DNA of 62,696 bases, counting the filler, from Squatina squatina (Eukaryota), in assembly GCA_031763465.1 (NCBI GenBank). It is 4 parts of 4 records of this genome, joined end to end, with 100 filler letters (N's around TTAATTAATTAA, not from the genome) between each part and the next. Parts side by side here need not be neighbours in the genome. Positions count along the whole stretch, not along the records: positions 16,668 to 30,872 come from JARFOE010000004.1; positions 30,973 to 50,575 come from JARFOE010000001.1; 2 more parts are not named here. One strand, given 5' to 3'. The position numbers and the translations under genes are program-made. This document shows positions 24,633 to 37,991 of the stretch, one piece after another (position 1 is the stretch's first letter; every line of letters begins with the position of its first letter). The notes beneath the pieces were generated by a model that was not told where the DNA came from, searched no databases, and was given only the letters and a program-made list of their open reading frames with translations.

Positions 24633-26864
24633 AGCTTTTTTTTCCCCCAGNNNNNNNNNNNNNNNNNNNNNNNNNNNNNNNNNNNNNNNNNNNNNNNNNN
24701 NNNNNNNNNNNNNNNNNNNNNNNNNNNNNNNNNNNNNNNNNNNNNNNNNNATTCCCTGAAGTGAGGCACTCCACTACCACAGATAACCCTGCACCCTCAG
24801 GCTCAGCTGAGAAATAACTATAGTATCTGGTGGCAATGAGACTAACTTCTGCAACATTACTATGAAGCAACCACCTTGAACACTTTTCTATCAGGTCAGT
24901 TTGTTCAGAATCTATATACGTTCTTCTATTCACAGAAGTCCCAGAAAACCATCTACTAATCTGTGGCTGAAGGACGTCAATTGTCAAAAGGTGATGCACA
25001 CCTGTTCAAACATACACACACACGTAAAGTGTGAGCATATTCCTTTATAATAGATACACTATACAAATGAAACATCAATATTCATCGCACACAGCCGCAC
25101 GCTGATATAAGCACTTAACTCGTAACTGCAATCATCGCCACAGGGGCTAAGAGCAACAACTCAATGTAGTTACACCAAAAGAGAGATAATTCAAAAGCAT
25201 CTCCTCACAACAGAATTAAACAGTTTTCAAGAGCACTTCGACAAATTTTTTTTTTAAATCATCTAAATTATTTGAAATGGTTTGTGTTGAGTCTCATCAT
25301 TACTGCAGTCATTGCAAAACTGCTACAGCTCTAAAAGTGCAGCAGCGCACGAGAACATCAACAATTTCAACTGTGAAGCACCAATGTTCTGCCACTTCAC
25401 ATAAATTTCCATATTTAAAGGTCATCATATATCCAGTTACTCTGTGCTGTCTATTGGACAATACAGTGTAACCCATTATTTTGTAATAAAACTGCAAAAG
25501 TACTATATTACTGCTGTCATCAGTTTCAGATTTGCATTGTGGGCTTATTTCATGCTCCAATTTTAGTTATCTCCCTCTTCATGCCACAAATCAATTTCTC
25601 ATTAGCAACCTGCTTCCACGTCTATGCTAATCAACTGCTATAGGTACATTAGTCAGGGAAGGGAGAGTAGGAGGCGGGAAAGAGTGACCCAGACAGCTAT
25701 TCGTTGACAGCCTTCATGGTAGAGCCAGAAGCATTACACAACGCAATGCACAGTGTATTACTATGCTGCTAAGGGATAGCTCTGTGCAATACCGACCTGA
25801 CACTTGTAGGCCACAAGGTCTTAATGCCATAAATAGGCATATTCTTTAGTCAGTTACAGGGCAATTGCTCTTAGGCACATCCTGAGATTAATTACAGAGT
25901 ACTTTTCCTTGCTGACAATGTTTCTCTGAAACCAGCAGGAAATTATTTTTTTTAATACTTTGTACTTTCTAAAGCGTGTGACAGAAATTTGCATGTGTGG
26001 CACCTGAAATGTGATAGATGCTTCTCAAAGTTTAGATATTTAATAATAGGTCTCCAGTGGCATTGTTCATGGGTAGTTTGAGGCACACTTCACACTCCAA
26101 AGTGAAGCTTAGCTGATTAACTTGGCCTAAACCTTAAAGATCAGAGCTCTTAATATGCTAATTTAGAAATATTGTATCTACTGATAAACTGGTGAAGTCA
26201 ATCAGAGGGCTGTTATAAATGCTAATAAATTTCCAGGCCAACAAATGACTTCCTTTCTCTTTCCTTAAGGTTGCTTTACATCTGTAATAAAGTGTGATAA
26301 GCTGAAGCACAATATCTGGAGCATGACAGATATGCACTAGCTGCAAAACATATAGCCGGCAGGCTAATTATCAAAGTAAACAGATCTGCAACACCAACTA
26401 ACAAGCCGGATTCATCAGAAACATTATGCTCTTTCAATAAGCTGTGAAGATGATGGCAATATGAACAGTGAAAGACACAGAATAATTGTAACATACAAGC
26501 TCACATGAAGACCAAAAATAACCCTTGTAAAAACAACCGATATCATGCATCCTCTTGGGTTATAGACATTGTAATGTATACACAATAGGACAGATTTTGC
26601 TGTAGCAGGGAATCTAACAGTGTCTGCTGTTAGACAATCCCTCACCTGTTTAGGTTTGAAATTTTTTTGCGTGTCAAGTTGTTGAAAGTGCGAGCTGATA
26701 ACATTGCTGCAAGGTAAACAGGGCATCTGGGATGTGAGTGAACAGAGCAAGCAGCTGTGAATTTCCTTAACCAATCAGATTGAAGGATTGAGAAGTAAAC
26801 AGTGCAAGGGCTGAGAAGGAAGTATAAATTAGAGCGGGTGAATTCAAGTCAAATCAGGTACAGA

Positions 26865-26873
26865 AAGAGAGGG

Positions 26874-26920
<47 letters not shown>

Positions 26921-26935
26921 GACAGACAGGAAAAG
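26865..26935. repeat. (GA)n/(GACA)n microsatellite
   Basis: Directly visible; runs into an assembly gap. Confidence 0.9.
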
Positions 26936-27206
26936 NNNNNNNNNNNNNNNNNNNNNNNNNNNNNNNNNNNNNNNNNNNNNNNNNNNNNNNNNNNNNNNNN
27001 NNNNNNNNNNNNNNNNNNNNNNNNNNNNNNNNNNNTGAAAAATACCCAATAAACATTTTTAAAAACAGCTTTGATATTTTATGCTTTGATCTGCAAATGT
27101 TGTAATTTTGTGTTTTCGTCATTTTTGTCTTTCCTTGTTACAACTTGGTAGCTAGGTTTTTATCTCACTTTCTTGTTTAAACAAACTTATCCATAATTTA
27201 ATACAG

Positions 27207-27406
27207 ATCGCATTTTGAAGGAATGCAAGAAGATTTTCGAAGATGTACATAAGGATTTTTACAGTGTTGACAGAATTTTAACAAAGTTTGGGTTGTGGCG
27301 GCAGAAATTTCCTGATTCATATTATGATGCTTATATTGGACTTTGTCTCCAAAAAATTCTGAATCCTTTAATCCGTATGCAGCTGATCGGCTGGAACCCT
27401 CTTAAA
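27207..27406 (+). CDS. GCFC2: GC-rich sequence DNA-binding factor 2 (GCFC domain) internal exon
   Basis: 200-nt cag|...|gtaagt exon: (D)[66 protein letters not shown]; KFPDSYY and WNPLK favour GCFC2 over the paralogue PAXBP1. Confidence 0.88.
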
Positions 27407-30400
27407 GTAAGTGTTGAATTGTTATTCATAGTTAGAGCTTATGGTGGGCAAAACATTAAAACTTCTCACTACCGATTGCATTATAAATCTTCATTGTCGA
27501 ATAACATAGAAAAAGATATCCCTGTAGATGGGGAAAGTATATCTCTTGTGCTTGTGAGCTCTGTATGTGGAGGATGTATACTAATTGACCATGGTGTGTC
27601 GATAATATAATTGGGGTGGCATTGTGTCTGATGACTCTCAAACACTGTCGGCCCTGTTATAAGTGATGCATTTTCCACATGTTATCTGCCCAGAGTGTGT
27701 TCTTTTTGAAACAAAAACGTGTGTAACTTTAAAATAAAAGTATATTGCAAAATTAAACACACTAGTGGCTGGTTTGATCATTGATGTAATCTTCCTGCAT
27801 TATAGTGTCACAGTTTAATGTCAAAATTTTATTTGAAGTTGCTATTTATTATTAGTTGGAACCCAATATCCTTAACTAAGTTATGCAAGCTTCCAGAGGG
27901 ATGCCATTATCTGTATCAACAGTGATTTGGGAGCAGGTCCTTTGCCCACCTTTTCACTTGTGGAAATCTTTACGACAGTGGTTGAGGATACCACACTTCG
28001 ATCTGCGTCTTTCCAGCATTTTTTATATTTATTTTATCTGGATTTTTTTGTTGTATGATAGACATAATGTTCCAGCGGCAGCCTTCTAGACAACAGGGGT
28101 CATTGGATTGTCAACTGCCGGAACGTGACTGATTGATTTAAAAAAAAAAAAATTTCTTCCCCATCACTCCGCTTCATAGCTGAGGAAGTTTCAAGGCCAA
28201 ATGTCGTGCTCCCATTAGACCTGGCTTAGATGAGCGAGCATAACACAGATCAGGGTTTCAACAAAGGATCATCCTAGTCTGTGTAATTCAATTCCATTGA
28301 GCCATGGGGACCAGCAGAAAGAGTTTCTGAAATTTAGAAAAACATTTTGTGCAAACACACAGTTCAGAGTGCTTCTGTTCATTATTCTTTGTTACGTAGT
28401 ATGATTTAAAGAAAAGCCAACTGCAACATGAAAGTAAGATTTTTTTTTTTAAGTGCTTGGTTTGTCATCTGCCTTCACTATATTTACTGACATTCACTTT
28501 TGTAACATAGTATCTGAAAAAATGCTGTTTAATACTTTCCTCTTTGTTGGTGTTACTGCCAGTAATATACTGATTACCAGTACAGCTTTATTCTAATTTT
28601 AAAAATATACCAGTTTGGAAAGAAACTTTACATCTTGATCTGTATCAGTAAAATAAAAATAGTTACTAAAGAATTCTATTTCTATACAGTGGGTAACTTT
28701 CAATATAAAGTACTTGCCTCCTGTCCACCACCCTCATCTAAGCAATGTGGAAAATGGTTTAGAGCAGGAAAAAAAAACAGGATGATAAAATATTAAAACT
28801 CAAGACGTTTAATACCACATTAGCAAACGACCTAGCTTTATAGTTTACTTTACCTCTGTGAAACTGAACATATGGTAGATCCATTATCGCAGCACAAATA
28901 ATTTGCACTGACTACAAAAAGTTCTAAAATAGAAAGTTCAAGCCAAACCCAAAATGGAGTACACCATAGCTTTTATGATATCCAAGCTTCAAGAACCAAT
29001 AATTAAGAAAGGTTTAGACTCCTAAGTAATCAAGAGGTTAACCCTGGCGTTTTTCCATTAACCTTGGTGCACAAAGGAAAAATGTTGTCATCTATACTTT
29101 TGAGAAAATTTGACTTCGAGTTGAGCTGAATAGAACATGGTATTCAATCTGTTAATATACGTGCAGCTGGTCAAGGGCTTCCCTGCACCCTCCTCCCTTA
29201 AACATCACAATTCTACTGCCAAGCAGAAGATCAAGGACAGTCACTTCAGAGAGCACATAATACCTGAAATTAAGGGATTTGGAGCAGAAACTCGGCATCA
29301 CTAGATCCAGTGTACGAGGGCCAACAATGTCATCAGGGTGTTAATTATCTTTGGTCTTGAGATTTTCTGGAATAACGGNNNNNNNNNNNNNNNNNNNNNN
29401 NNNNNNNNNNNNNNNNNNNNNNNNNNNNNNNNNNNNNNNNNNNNNNNNNNNNNNNNNNNNNNNNNNNNNNNNNNNNNNATTCCCAGGCTTGAAAATGTAA
29501 CTCGTGCATTATATCCTGTACATTGATATGTAGAAATGCTAGATTGATAGAAACACTAGGTTTATGCTGTTCAAGACACCCTCTTCAAATCTAACTACAA
29601 ATTTATACAAAGGATCCTTCTGCAGACAGGGCATTTTAAACTTTAATTGCAAAACTATATTGAGCATTTTTTTTTAAAAAACAGAAAATAAGCTACCCCC
29701 AGTTCAGCTAACATAATTTACAGCATACAACTAGTAGGTATTGAATTTATTCAGTTTAAATTGCTGCAGGACACAGCAAAACCTCCAGGAACATATATTC
29801 CGGATCTCCAGTATTTCTTCTTTGCCTTCTAAGGCACTGGATTTGGGGGAGAGCCTTGTGTGTGGCAGTGGTGATGGCCAGTGAAACAAGTGAGGCACAC
29901 TAGCATCCACAATGGTATATTGTAGTATCTGTGTCACAGGCTGAGACTGGTTAGTTTAGCACAGATCATAGACTTGACTGCACCTTCCCACTTTACTTGG
30001 ATCATGTAGTCTATTTAACAAATGAGCCATTGGGGTAGCTCCAACACAAACTTTACGTAGAAACTTGATAGTGTATTGAAACTTTAAAAAAAAATTCTAG
30101 GCTAGGTGATGAATGGTTATGAAAAATGCATAGAATCTGTAGAATATTGAAATCAAATGCTTGCATAACTTTCATATTGGTAAGCACAGTTTCTTACTGA
30201 ATTGACGGGGACCTCAGAACTAGGAGGGTGTGGCACAGGCTTCATGTTAAAATCAAAAGTGCTATACTCTGAGAAAGCATCACGCAGGTACATTAGGTTA
30301 TCATCTAGTCTCTTTTCTAACTTCAGCACTTCAATCTGCTGAATTTCAGGGCTATACAGTTCATAGCAGATCTCAACACCTAGAATGAATAAGAAACACC

Positions 30401-30872
30401 ATTAATTTGCTACAAATTTAATTCAAAATTGTCAAACTATAGAACAGTAACTACAAAGCAACCCTTAATGACAATTGCCAATATGCCCAATACCAAATGT
30501 GGTCCTGCTGTTCCCTTGCGTTTTTCTTGGCAATTGTGCACAAGAGGCAAAACGTATCGAGGCATAAAAACAAATTAAACATTGGCTACCAATTTTTTGG
30601 GTTGGTAAATCTAAAACCATGCTATTGACAACTCTTATTACTGAGCTCAACACTAAAGGTTTAAAAGTTTGTTAAAATTCATACAAGCAGTAGTGTCCAT
30701 GCAAAGCAGTTTCACCAATACTGCAGTTATTGTCTGGCAGTTAAAGCACGGAGGCTGCTTTGAAGTCATTTTAGGTCTTAACACCTGATTTACACTAGGA
30801 AGTTCTGATCTGTTCAGGAGCCTTGCACCAATGCTAAACTTGAACTGAAGTCGGATGTGGAGGTCCGAGCTG

Positions 30873-30972
30873 NNNNNNNNNNNNNNNNNNNNNNNNNNNN
30901 NNNNNNNNNNNNNNNNTTAATTAATTAANNNNNNNNNNNNNNNNNNNNNNNNNNNNNNNNNNNNNNNNNNNN
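30873..30972. other. artificial scaffold linker N44-TTAATTAATTAA-N44
   Basis: Same linker as 16568-16667. Confidence 0.95.
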
Positions 30973-31431
30973 ATCATCACTTCTCACAACTGTAATTGAT
31001 TCTTTCACCAATAATGCTACCACCCTCTTTTATCACACATTCTGCCTGAAAATTCTCTGGACTGCACCTTTTTCTGCCCAATATCTCGATAAATAACATC
31101 ACCCAAAGATTGTAACAACCCTTACTCCATACACTGGCTACGAGAAGATGTCACATGTAGTAACATGAATTCTCCCTTCATTACAGACAGCAGATTATAT
31201 AAGCTCTCTAACAAATTGAGGCATGAATCCAGAAGTGCTTTATTTAAATAGGTTATTGCTTGGTGGCTTGGTTACATTTTGGTATTTTCTATCAGAGTTT
31301 GGTCAAAAATGCTTTATTTGAATCATTTTTTTGGATATTGTACATTGTTCAGTCACAAGTTCAATTTTATTACAGCCATGTTCCAGACACTGATCAATAG
31401 TTGATCTTATTTGAATTTATATTAAATTTAG

Positions 31432-31652
31432 GGTTGATGTGGCTGCAGCAGTTCAAACCGGAAGTGAATCTGCGGCATACATGTGAGCAGGGTGATCGGC
31501 TGCCCAGCTATGGCTGGCTAATGCACGATGGGATAAACTTTGGAGTGCAGGAAGTTAAAGATAACGATTTCATACTAACGACCGAGTTTGTGAAACGTAT
31601 TGGTGGGCAGCATGGAGGAGATTGGACATGGAGAATTACTGCCAAACCACAG
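31432..31652 (+). CDS. MOGS: Mannosyl-oligosaccharide glucosidase (glucosidase I, GH63) exon
   Basis: tag|...|gtatgt exon: [34 protein letters not shown]....[20 protein letters not shown]. Confidence 0.95.
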
Positions 31653-31974
31653 GTATGTCCATTTATAGAAGAAAAACTCAATCTATTTTTACTCGTCATA
31701 TGATAAGCAATCAGCCTTCCTTCACCGCTGGCCAACAGGTGATGTTACACTTCGGAGAAAGTTCCATTAAAAATAGAAACTCCACCCACAGCTTCAAATA
31801 GAGTATTTTTCAACCTATGTTTTTTCCTTAACTCTTATTTTATGTTTGAAATGGTCTACAGACTATGTTGGAATTTGCATCAGCTCTTTAGAAACTTATG
31901 AAAAGATTATTTGGCACTGCAAGGCTGATTTCTACCACACTGTACCTCTATCTTGTAATGCATTTAATTTGTCT

Positions 31975-32122
31975 CTATTAAAACCTACCTCTTTGGCCAT
32001 GTTTTTGGTCATCTCTGCTAATATCTCCTTATATGGCTCAGTATCAAATTTTGTCTGATTACAACTGTGAAGCGCCTTGGGACGTTTTACTACATTAAAG
32101 GTGTTATATAAGCACAAGTTGC
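31975..32122 (+). mobile_element. L2-type LINE 3' tail in MOGS intron
   Basis: Matches 19545-19690. Confidence 0.7.
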
Positions 32123-32934
32123 TAGTACTGTGTGTCCAGTGGCTTTCACTGGCAATTCATTTCCTTCACTAACCTGAAATACTGCTTTTTAAATTAAATC
32201 TCTTTGAACCTTTGTTGGGGTGAACAATTTATATATCCCATAATATGAATCCACTTGATAATTCTGAGAGCTTTTAGGTGGTCTTGAGGTGGCCTCTTTT
32301 CAGTAAGAATAACCCACCTCTGGTGAGAGTCCTGAGGTCTTTTTTTGCCTAAATGGCACCATTTTAAGGGCAGCAGTTCCTTGCTTTGTTGACAAGCGAA
32401 ATACTGCGNNNNNNNNNNNNNNNNNNNNNNNNNNNNNNNNNNNNNNNNNNNNNNNNNNNNNNNNNNNNNNNNNNNNNNNNNNNNNNNNNNNNNNNNNNNN
32501 NNNNNNNNTTTCACAACCTTAGGATGTCCCAAAGTGCTTTACAGCTAATGAAATACTTTTTGAAGTGTAGTCACTGTTATATTAACACAACCGGTGATTA
32601 CTATATTCATTCAGCAAGGCTACAGGAGATCTGTGTAAATGACTGACTTCCATTATTGTTCATCATAGTCCAGACATTGCAAGTAAGAGGTCACATACCA
32701 AACATCACACTGTGAAGTGTCACACTTTGTTACAGATGCAAAATTATTTAGAAAAAGAATGCATGTTATTTACATGGAGCCCAGTTGTCCTCTGATTGCC
32801 ACCGAAGAAATAAAACATTCAATCTCATGCAGTCCTTACTTACTTTAGTTCATGCTAGTGAAATGCACTTGATCTATGAATCGCTGTTTTATATACCTAT
32901 CACTAATGGCTGTGAATCTAGACTCAAAGAATAG

Positions 32935-34496
32935 AGGTGGAAACAATCATTTGATGAAAAATTTGATAGCATTTTCCAATTGCCAGATAAGGGCTTTCCC
33001 CCTCAACAAATTAAATTTGCTAAAGCTGTTTTCAGTAATACAATTGGTGGGATGGGGTATTTCTACGGTCAGTCATATGTTCAGTCCAAATACAATGAGT
33101 ATCCATTGCCTTACCTGGAGGGCCCACTGTACACTGCAGTTCCATCCCGTTCATTCTTTCCCCGAGGATTCCTCTGGGATGAAGGGTTCCATCAACTTCT
33201 GATCAGTAAATGGGATCCATCTATCAGTAAAGAGGTAATTGGACACTGGTTAAATATGATGAATATCGAAGGTTGGATACCCAGAGAGCAGATTCTGGAC
33301 AATGAGGCACGCAGTAAAGTGCCAGCAGAGTTTATCGTACNNNNNNNNNNNNNNNNNNNNNNNNNNNNNNNNNNNNNNNNNNNNNNNNNNNNNNNNNNNN
33401 NNNNNNNNNNNNNNNNNNNNNNNNNNNNNNNNNNNNNNNNGAGTTTATCGTACAGAGAAATGAAAATGCCAATCCTCCTACACTCTTCCTGACATTACAA
33501 AAACTGATAGAAGATTTGAATGGGCAATTGTCTGCAGAAGACAAGTCTTACCTGAAGAGACTCTTTCCACGTTTGAAGACTTGGTACGATTGGTACAATT
33601 CAACCCAAGTTGGGTCCCTACCATCAACCTATCGTTGGAGGGGTCGCGACACTGACACCAACCTGTTCCTTAATCCAAAAACTCTAACCTCTGGGCTTGA
33701 TGATTACCCACGAGCGTCACACCCTTCTGAGGATGAACGTCATGTGGATCTTCGCTGCTGGATGACATTAGCATCGAAGATCATGACAGATATTGCAAAA
33801 ATCCTTGGAGAACCACATCAAGACTATCAGAACATGTACGAAAAACTGAGTGACAACTCTTTGCTTCAAGAACTGCACTGGTCTGAGGATCTGAAGGCAT
33901 TCAGTGATTATGGGAATCATACTCAGTCCATCATCCTAGAGCGAGAGAAGATCTATGTGCCACCTGGTCAACCTCGACAGCATGTCCAACCTGCCAGGCT
34001 TATCCGTTCTGTTCGGAAACAGCCAAAGCCTCAGTACGTGAATGCTTTTGGCTATGTGAGTCTGTTTCCATTCCTGCTTCAAATCCTGCAACCTGATTCC
34101 CCAAAACTTCAACATATCTTGAAGGATATGAGGGACGAGGAGAAACTCTGGACCCCTTATGGCCTACGCTCACTTTCAAAATCCAGCCCCCTCTACTTGA
34201 AACGCAACACCGAATATGACCCACCTTACTGGCGTGGCCCCATTTGGATTAACATGAACTACCTTGTAGTTCGGGCACTGCATTACTATTCCACTCAAAA
34301 CGGACCATATAGGAAAATGGCAGCAACACTATACCAGGAGCTGAGGACTAACCTCATATCAAATATGTATAAGCAGTTTGTACAGACCGGTTACTTGTGG
34401 GAGCAATATAATGATAGTACTGGCAGAGGGCAGGGTAGTCACCCCTTTACTGGTTGGTCTTCTTTGATTGTTCTAATAATGGCAGAGCAATATTAA
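32935..34496 (+). CDS. MOGS: MOGS terminal coding exon (GH63 catalytic domain), interrupted by a false assembly gap
   Basis: GYFYGQS..LYTAVPSRSFFPRGFLWDEGFH..EGWIPREQIL..NANPPT..PKTLTSGLDDYPRASHP..YWRGPIWIN..WEQY..FTGWS..MAEQY, stop TAA at 34494-34496; 5' boundary inferred from AATAG at 32930-32934. Confidence 0.95.
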
Positions 34497-36153
34497 TGCT
34501 CTCACCAGTGTCATCCCGTATAACGGTTTAGGGCTGTGCCGAGGGATTATTTTGTGATTGAATATTTCATTATTTCAATGACTGAATCTTTCAATACACA
34601 AAATGATTCTGGTTAAACTTCCTGCATGTTAATGGGAGAGAAATTCAACATTGTTGCGTATGTTTTATGATAAAACAGGCACAACGATGACAAATTTAGC
34701 AGTACAACAGCTCACGCCCAGTCTGCGCGTGTTCGGGAGACTGCTAAATCTTCAAGGCCTTTATTAGGCGGCCCTGGCGGCTGCCTAAAACAGGCATTAG
34801 GCCCCTTGAATATGTTAATGAAGGGCCGAATGCTTGTTTAAGGTCCCCTTAAAGAAATTGGTAAGCACTTAGCGGAGCAGGCNNNNNNNNNNNNNNNNNN
34901 NNNNNNNNNNNNNNNNNNNNNNNNNNNNNNNNNNNNNNNNNNNNNNNNNNNNNNNNNNNNNNNNNNNNNNNNNNNNNNNNNNAAAGAAATTGGTAAGCAC
35001 TTAGCGGAGCAGGCACCGGGTGTGATTCCAGTGCCGGCAACAAACAGGTACGCTTCTCTAAAAGCATTTACTTTAATGTGGAACCAGGAGGAGGAGGAGA
35101 AAGAGAAGGAGGAGTGTTCCACCCAGTTCACAGCACTACTGAGAGCCTCCGTTGGCACGCAATCGCTCCCTCCCCCCGGACTTGCTGAGAGCCGCTGTCA
35201 GCCGACGATTCCCCACCCCATCCCCTGCTCCTGGGCTCACTGAAAGCCACGATCGCCCTGCCCTCCTCCCTTGCAGGAGCTACCCGAGAGCCTCGCTCCT
35301 CCCAGTTCCCTACCTTTTAAAAGTAAATCCCCATTTGAATTGCTGAAGACAAACTTAATTTATAATGAATGGATTTCTTATTAAAGTTTTAGTTTAGAGG
35401 TTTAATATCCTGACTACCTTTTACTTCACTGATGAGTGATTGGATGAGTGTTCGTCACACTCTTCAGAGAATGTGTTCAACTCCTCACATACTGAAAGGA
35501 GGCAGATTGCTGTTTGATGTATTTGAAAGAGTAGATGAAGGATTCAGTGTTAGGTTTTAATGGGGGTCTGATAATTCTGCCACTATTGTAATCCTGTTAA
35601 CAGACTAAATGTCGCTAATGTTTCTTTATTGCAATGATACCAGAATCTGAACGGCTGGACCAATATTTACCACAATAACTGGTTTTATAGGAAGACTGTT
35701 AATTTAGAGTTTGGAATCTGTCCTCTTTAATTAATGGCACAGCCCTTTCATAGGTTTATATTCAATCCCTCCGGTGCCCCATGGTCCCATTTGTATGTTT
35801 GCAGTGCTGGATTTCTCATTTTGTGTGACATTTTGTAAATAAATTGATGTCAAGTGGAAGAAATCAGGTAGTAGCAATTTCAAAACAAGTGGTCAAGAAC
35901 ACAAGATATCCACCTACATCACAAAGCTATCTCTAGGATATGTAGACTGCACATAAACAAAACAATATTGGGCAAGTTCTGATGACTTCAGACAAAGTTT
36001 CATTTTTATAAAACTGGCCATTCCCATTATAGAATGTGTATATGTTTTAAAAGNNNNNNNNNNNNNNNNNNNNNNNNNNNNNNNNNNNNNNNNNNNNNNN
36101 NNNNNNNNNNNNNNNNNNNNNNNNNNNNNNNNNNNNNNNNNNNNNNNNNNNNN

Positions 36154-36660
36154 GCTTTGAGGAACCTCTTGAGAAAGAAACTGTCATGTTCTTCATATAG
36201 TGTTGACTGGAGCTGGATCTTAGAGAGGTCCTCCGGGGAGATCATGTGAAATCGGATTTTATCCATCAGTTCGTGGGTCAGCTCAGTTTTCTTCTTGGTA
36301 ATAATCCAGGTTTCCACGGCTTTGAACAATGTCAGTTCATTCCAGATGACAATGTCAGACCTCAGGAGCAGAGTATTGAGCTGCTCTCCAGTAAACTCAT
36401 ACCAGGTAGGTGATCTGACGAAAGACTCACAGTTCCACGCAAAATACTCCAAGCAAATCTCTTTCAGCAGTGGGTCCTTGACACTCTCCGCATAGTTATA
36501 GAGCTCCAGCTGGTGTTTGAAGGAGGGATCTTGGGGGAGGAGTTTGTAGAAGAGTTTATCGCAGTAATCCCGAATAGCAGTCACCCCGTAATTGGAAGCC
36601 ATGTTGTGAATGCACTTGATTGATGACAGGTTGATATCGATTTTCTTGGTGTAAAAATAC
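36154..36660 (-). CDS. LGALS3BP: Galectin-3-binding protein-like exon (BTB end plus BACK domain), truncated by gap
   Basis: Acceptor cctcag|G then YFYTKKIDINLSSIKCIHNMASNYG..LLPQDPSFKHQLELY..AWNCE..LLRSDIV..EL.LFKAVETW..KIRFHMISPEDL; LLPQDPSF is typical of LGALS3BP rather than BTBD17. Confidence 0.88.
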
Positions 36661-36785
36661 CTGAGGAGGAAAAAGGCTAGTGAGAAGAGACGAGCGAGCT
36701 TGTGAATATATTAAACAGCAGCATGCATTTCAAGTGACTTCATGTGTCCCCATTTACAATGGAAGCTGCGCAATAAACCTATAAT

Positions 36786-36988
36786 CACAGAATGATATAG
36801 CACAGAAGGAGGCCATTCAGCCCATCGTGCCTGTGCCGGCTCTGTGAATGACCTAGCCATTTAGCCCCACTCCCCTGCTCTATCCTGTAAGACTGTGAGA
36901 TTATGGAAGGTAAATCATGTTTGACAAATTTATTAGAGTTCTTTGAGGAAGTAATGAGCAGGGTGGATAAAGGGGAACCAGTAGATGT
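36786..36988. mobile_element. CR1 tail (minus, ~36786-36895) abutting CR1 RT fragment (plus, ~36900-36988)
   Basis: CACAGAAGGAGGCCATTCAGCCCATC tail; GKSCLTNLLEFFEEVMSRVDKGEPVD. Confidence 0.8.
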
Positions 36989-37088
36989 NNNNNNNNNNNN
37001 NNNNNNNNNNNNNNNNNNNNNNNNNNNNNNNNNNNNNNNNNNNNNNNNNNNNNNNNNNNNNNNNNNNNNNNNNNNNNNNNNNNNNNNN

Positions 37089-37891
37089 TCTCCACTCCCC
37101 CTCTCCTTTCCACACTCTCCCCTGTCTCCTCTCCCCTTCTCCTCTATCCACTCTCTCCTCTCCCCACTCTCCTCCCCCTCTCCTCTCCCACTCTCCACTC
37201 TTCTCTCCCCCTCTCCCCCCTCCCCACTCTCCTCTCCCTCTCCTCTCCCCCTCTTCCCTTCTCTCCTCTCCCTCTCCCCACTTTCCTCTCCCCACTCTCC
37301 TATATCACTCTCTCCTCTCTCCCTCTCTCCTCTCCCTTCTCTCCTCACTCCATCTACTCTCCCCCTCTACTCTGCCCCTCTCCCCCTCACCACTCTCCTC
37401 TCCCCACTCTCCTCTCCCACTCTTCCCCTCTCTCCTCTCCCTCTCCCCACTCTCCTCTTCCCCTCTCCTCTCCCCACTCCGCTCTCCCCCTCACCTCTCC
37501 CCCTCTCCTCTCCACACTCTTCTCTCCCTGTCTCCTCTCTCCTCACACTCCTCTCCCCTCTCCCCAGTCTCCTCTCCACCTCTCCCCTCTCCCCACTCTC
37601 CTCTCTCTCTCCCCACTCTCCTCTCCCCACTCTCCTATCCCCACTCTCCTCTCCCTGTGTGTCCCCTCCACACTCTCCTCTCTTCACTCTCCCCGCTCTC
37701 TCCTCTCCCACCTCTCCACTCCCCCTCTCCCTTCCCCACTCTCCCCTGTCTCCTCTCTCCTGTCTCCTCTCCCCTTCTCCTCTATCCACTCTCTCCTCTC
37801 CCCACTCTCCTCCCCCTCTCCTTTCCCACTCTCCACTCTTCTCTCCCCTCTCCCCCTTTCCCCTCTCCCCACTCTCCTCTCCCTCTCCTCT
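37089..37891. repeat. polypyrimidine/polypurine low-complexity tract (CTCTCC/CCCACT units)
   Basis: ~800 bp almost purely C/T on the + strand; internal block duplication (37089-37210 resembles 37713-37850). Confidence 0.95.
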
Positions 37892-37991
37892 NNNNNNNNN
37901 NNNNNNNNNNNNNNNNNNNNNNNNNNNNNNNNNNNNNNNNNNNNNNNNNNNNNNNNNNNNNNNNNNNNNNNNNNNNNNNNNNNNNNNNNNN

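Noticed and set aside
32980-34496. MOGS, and likewise FBXO41 exon 1, as frameshifted pseudogenes
   Set aside because: The frame change is caused by duplicated contig ends across a 100-N spacer
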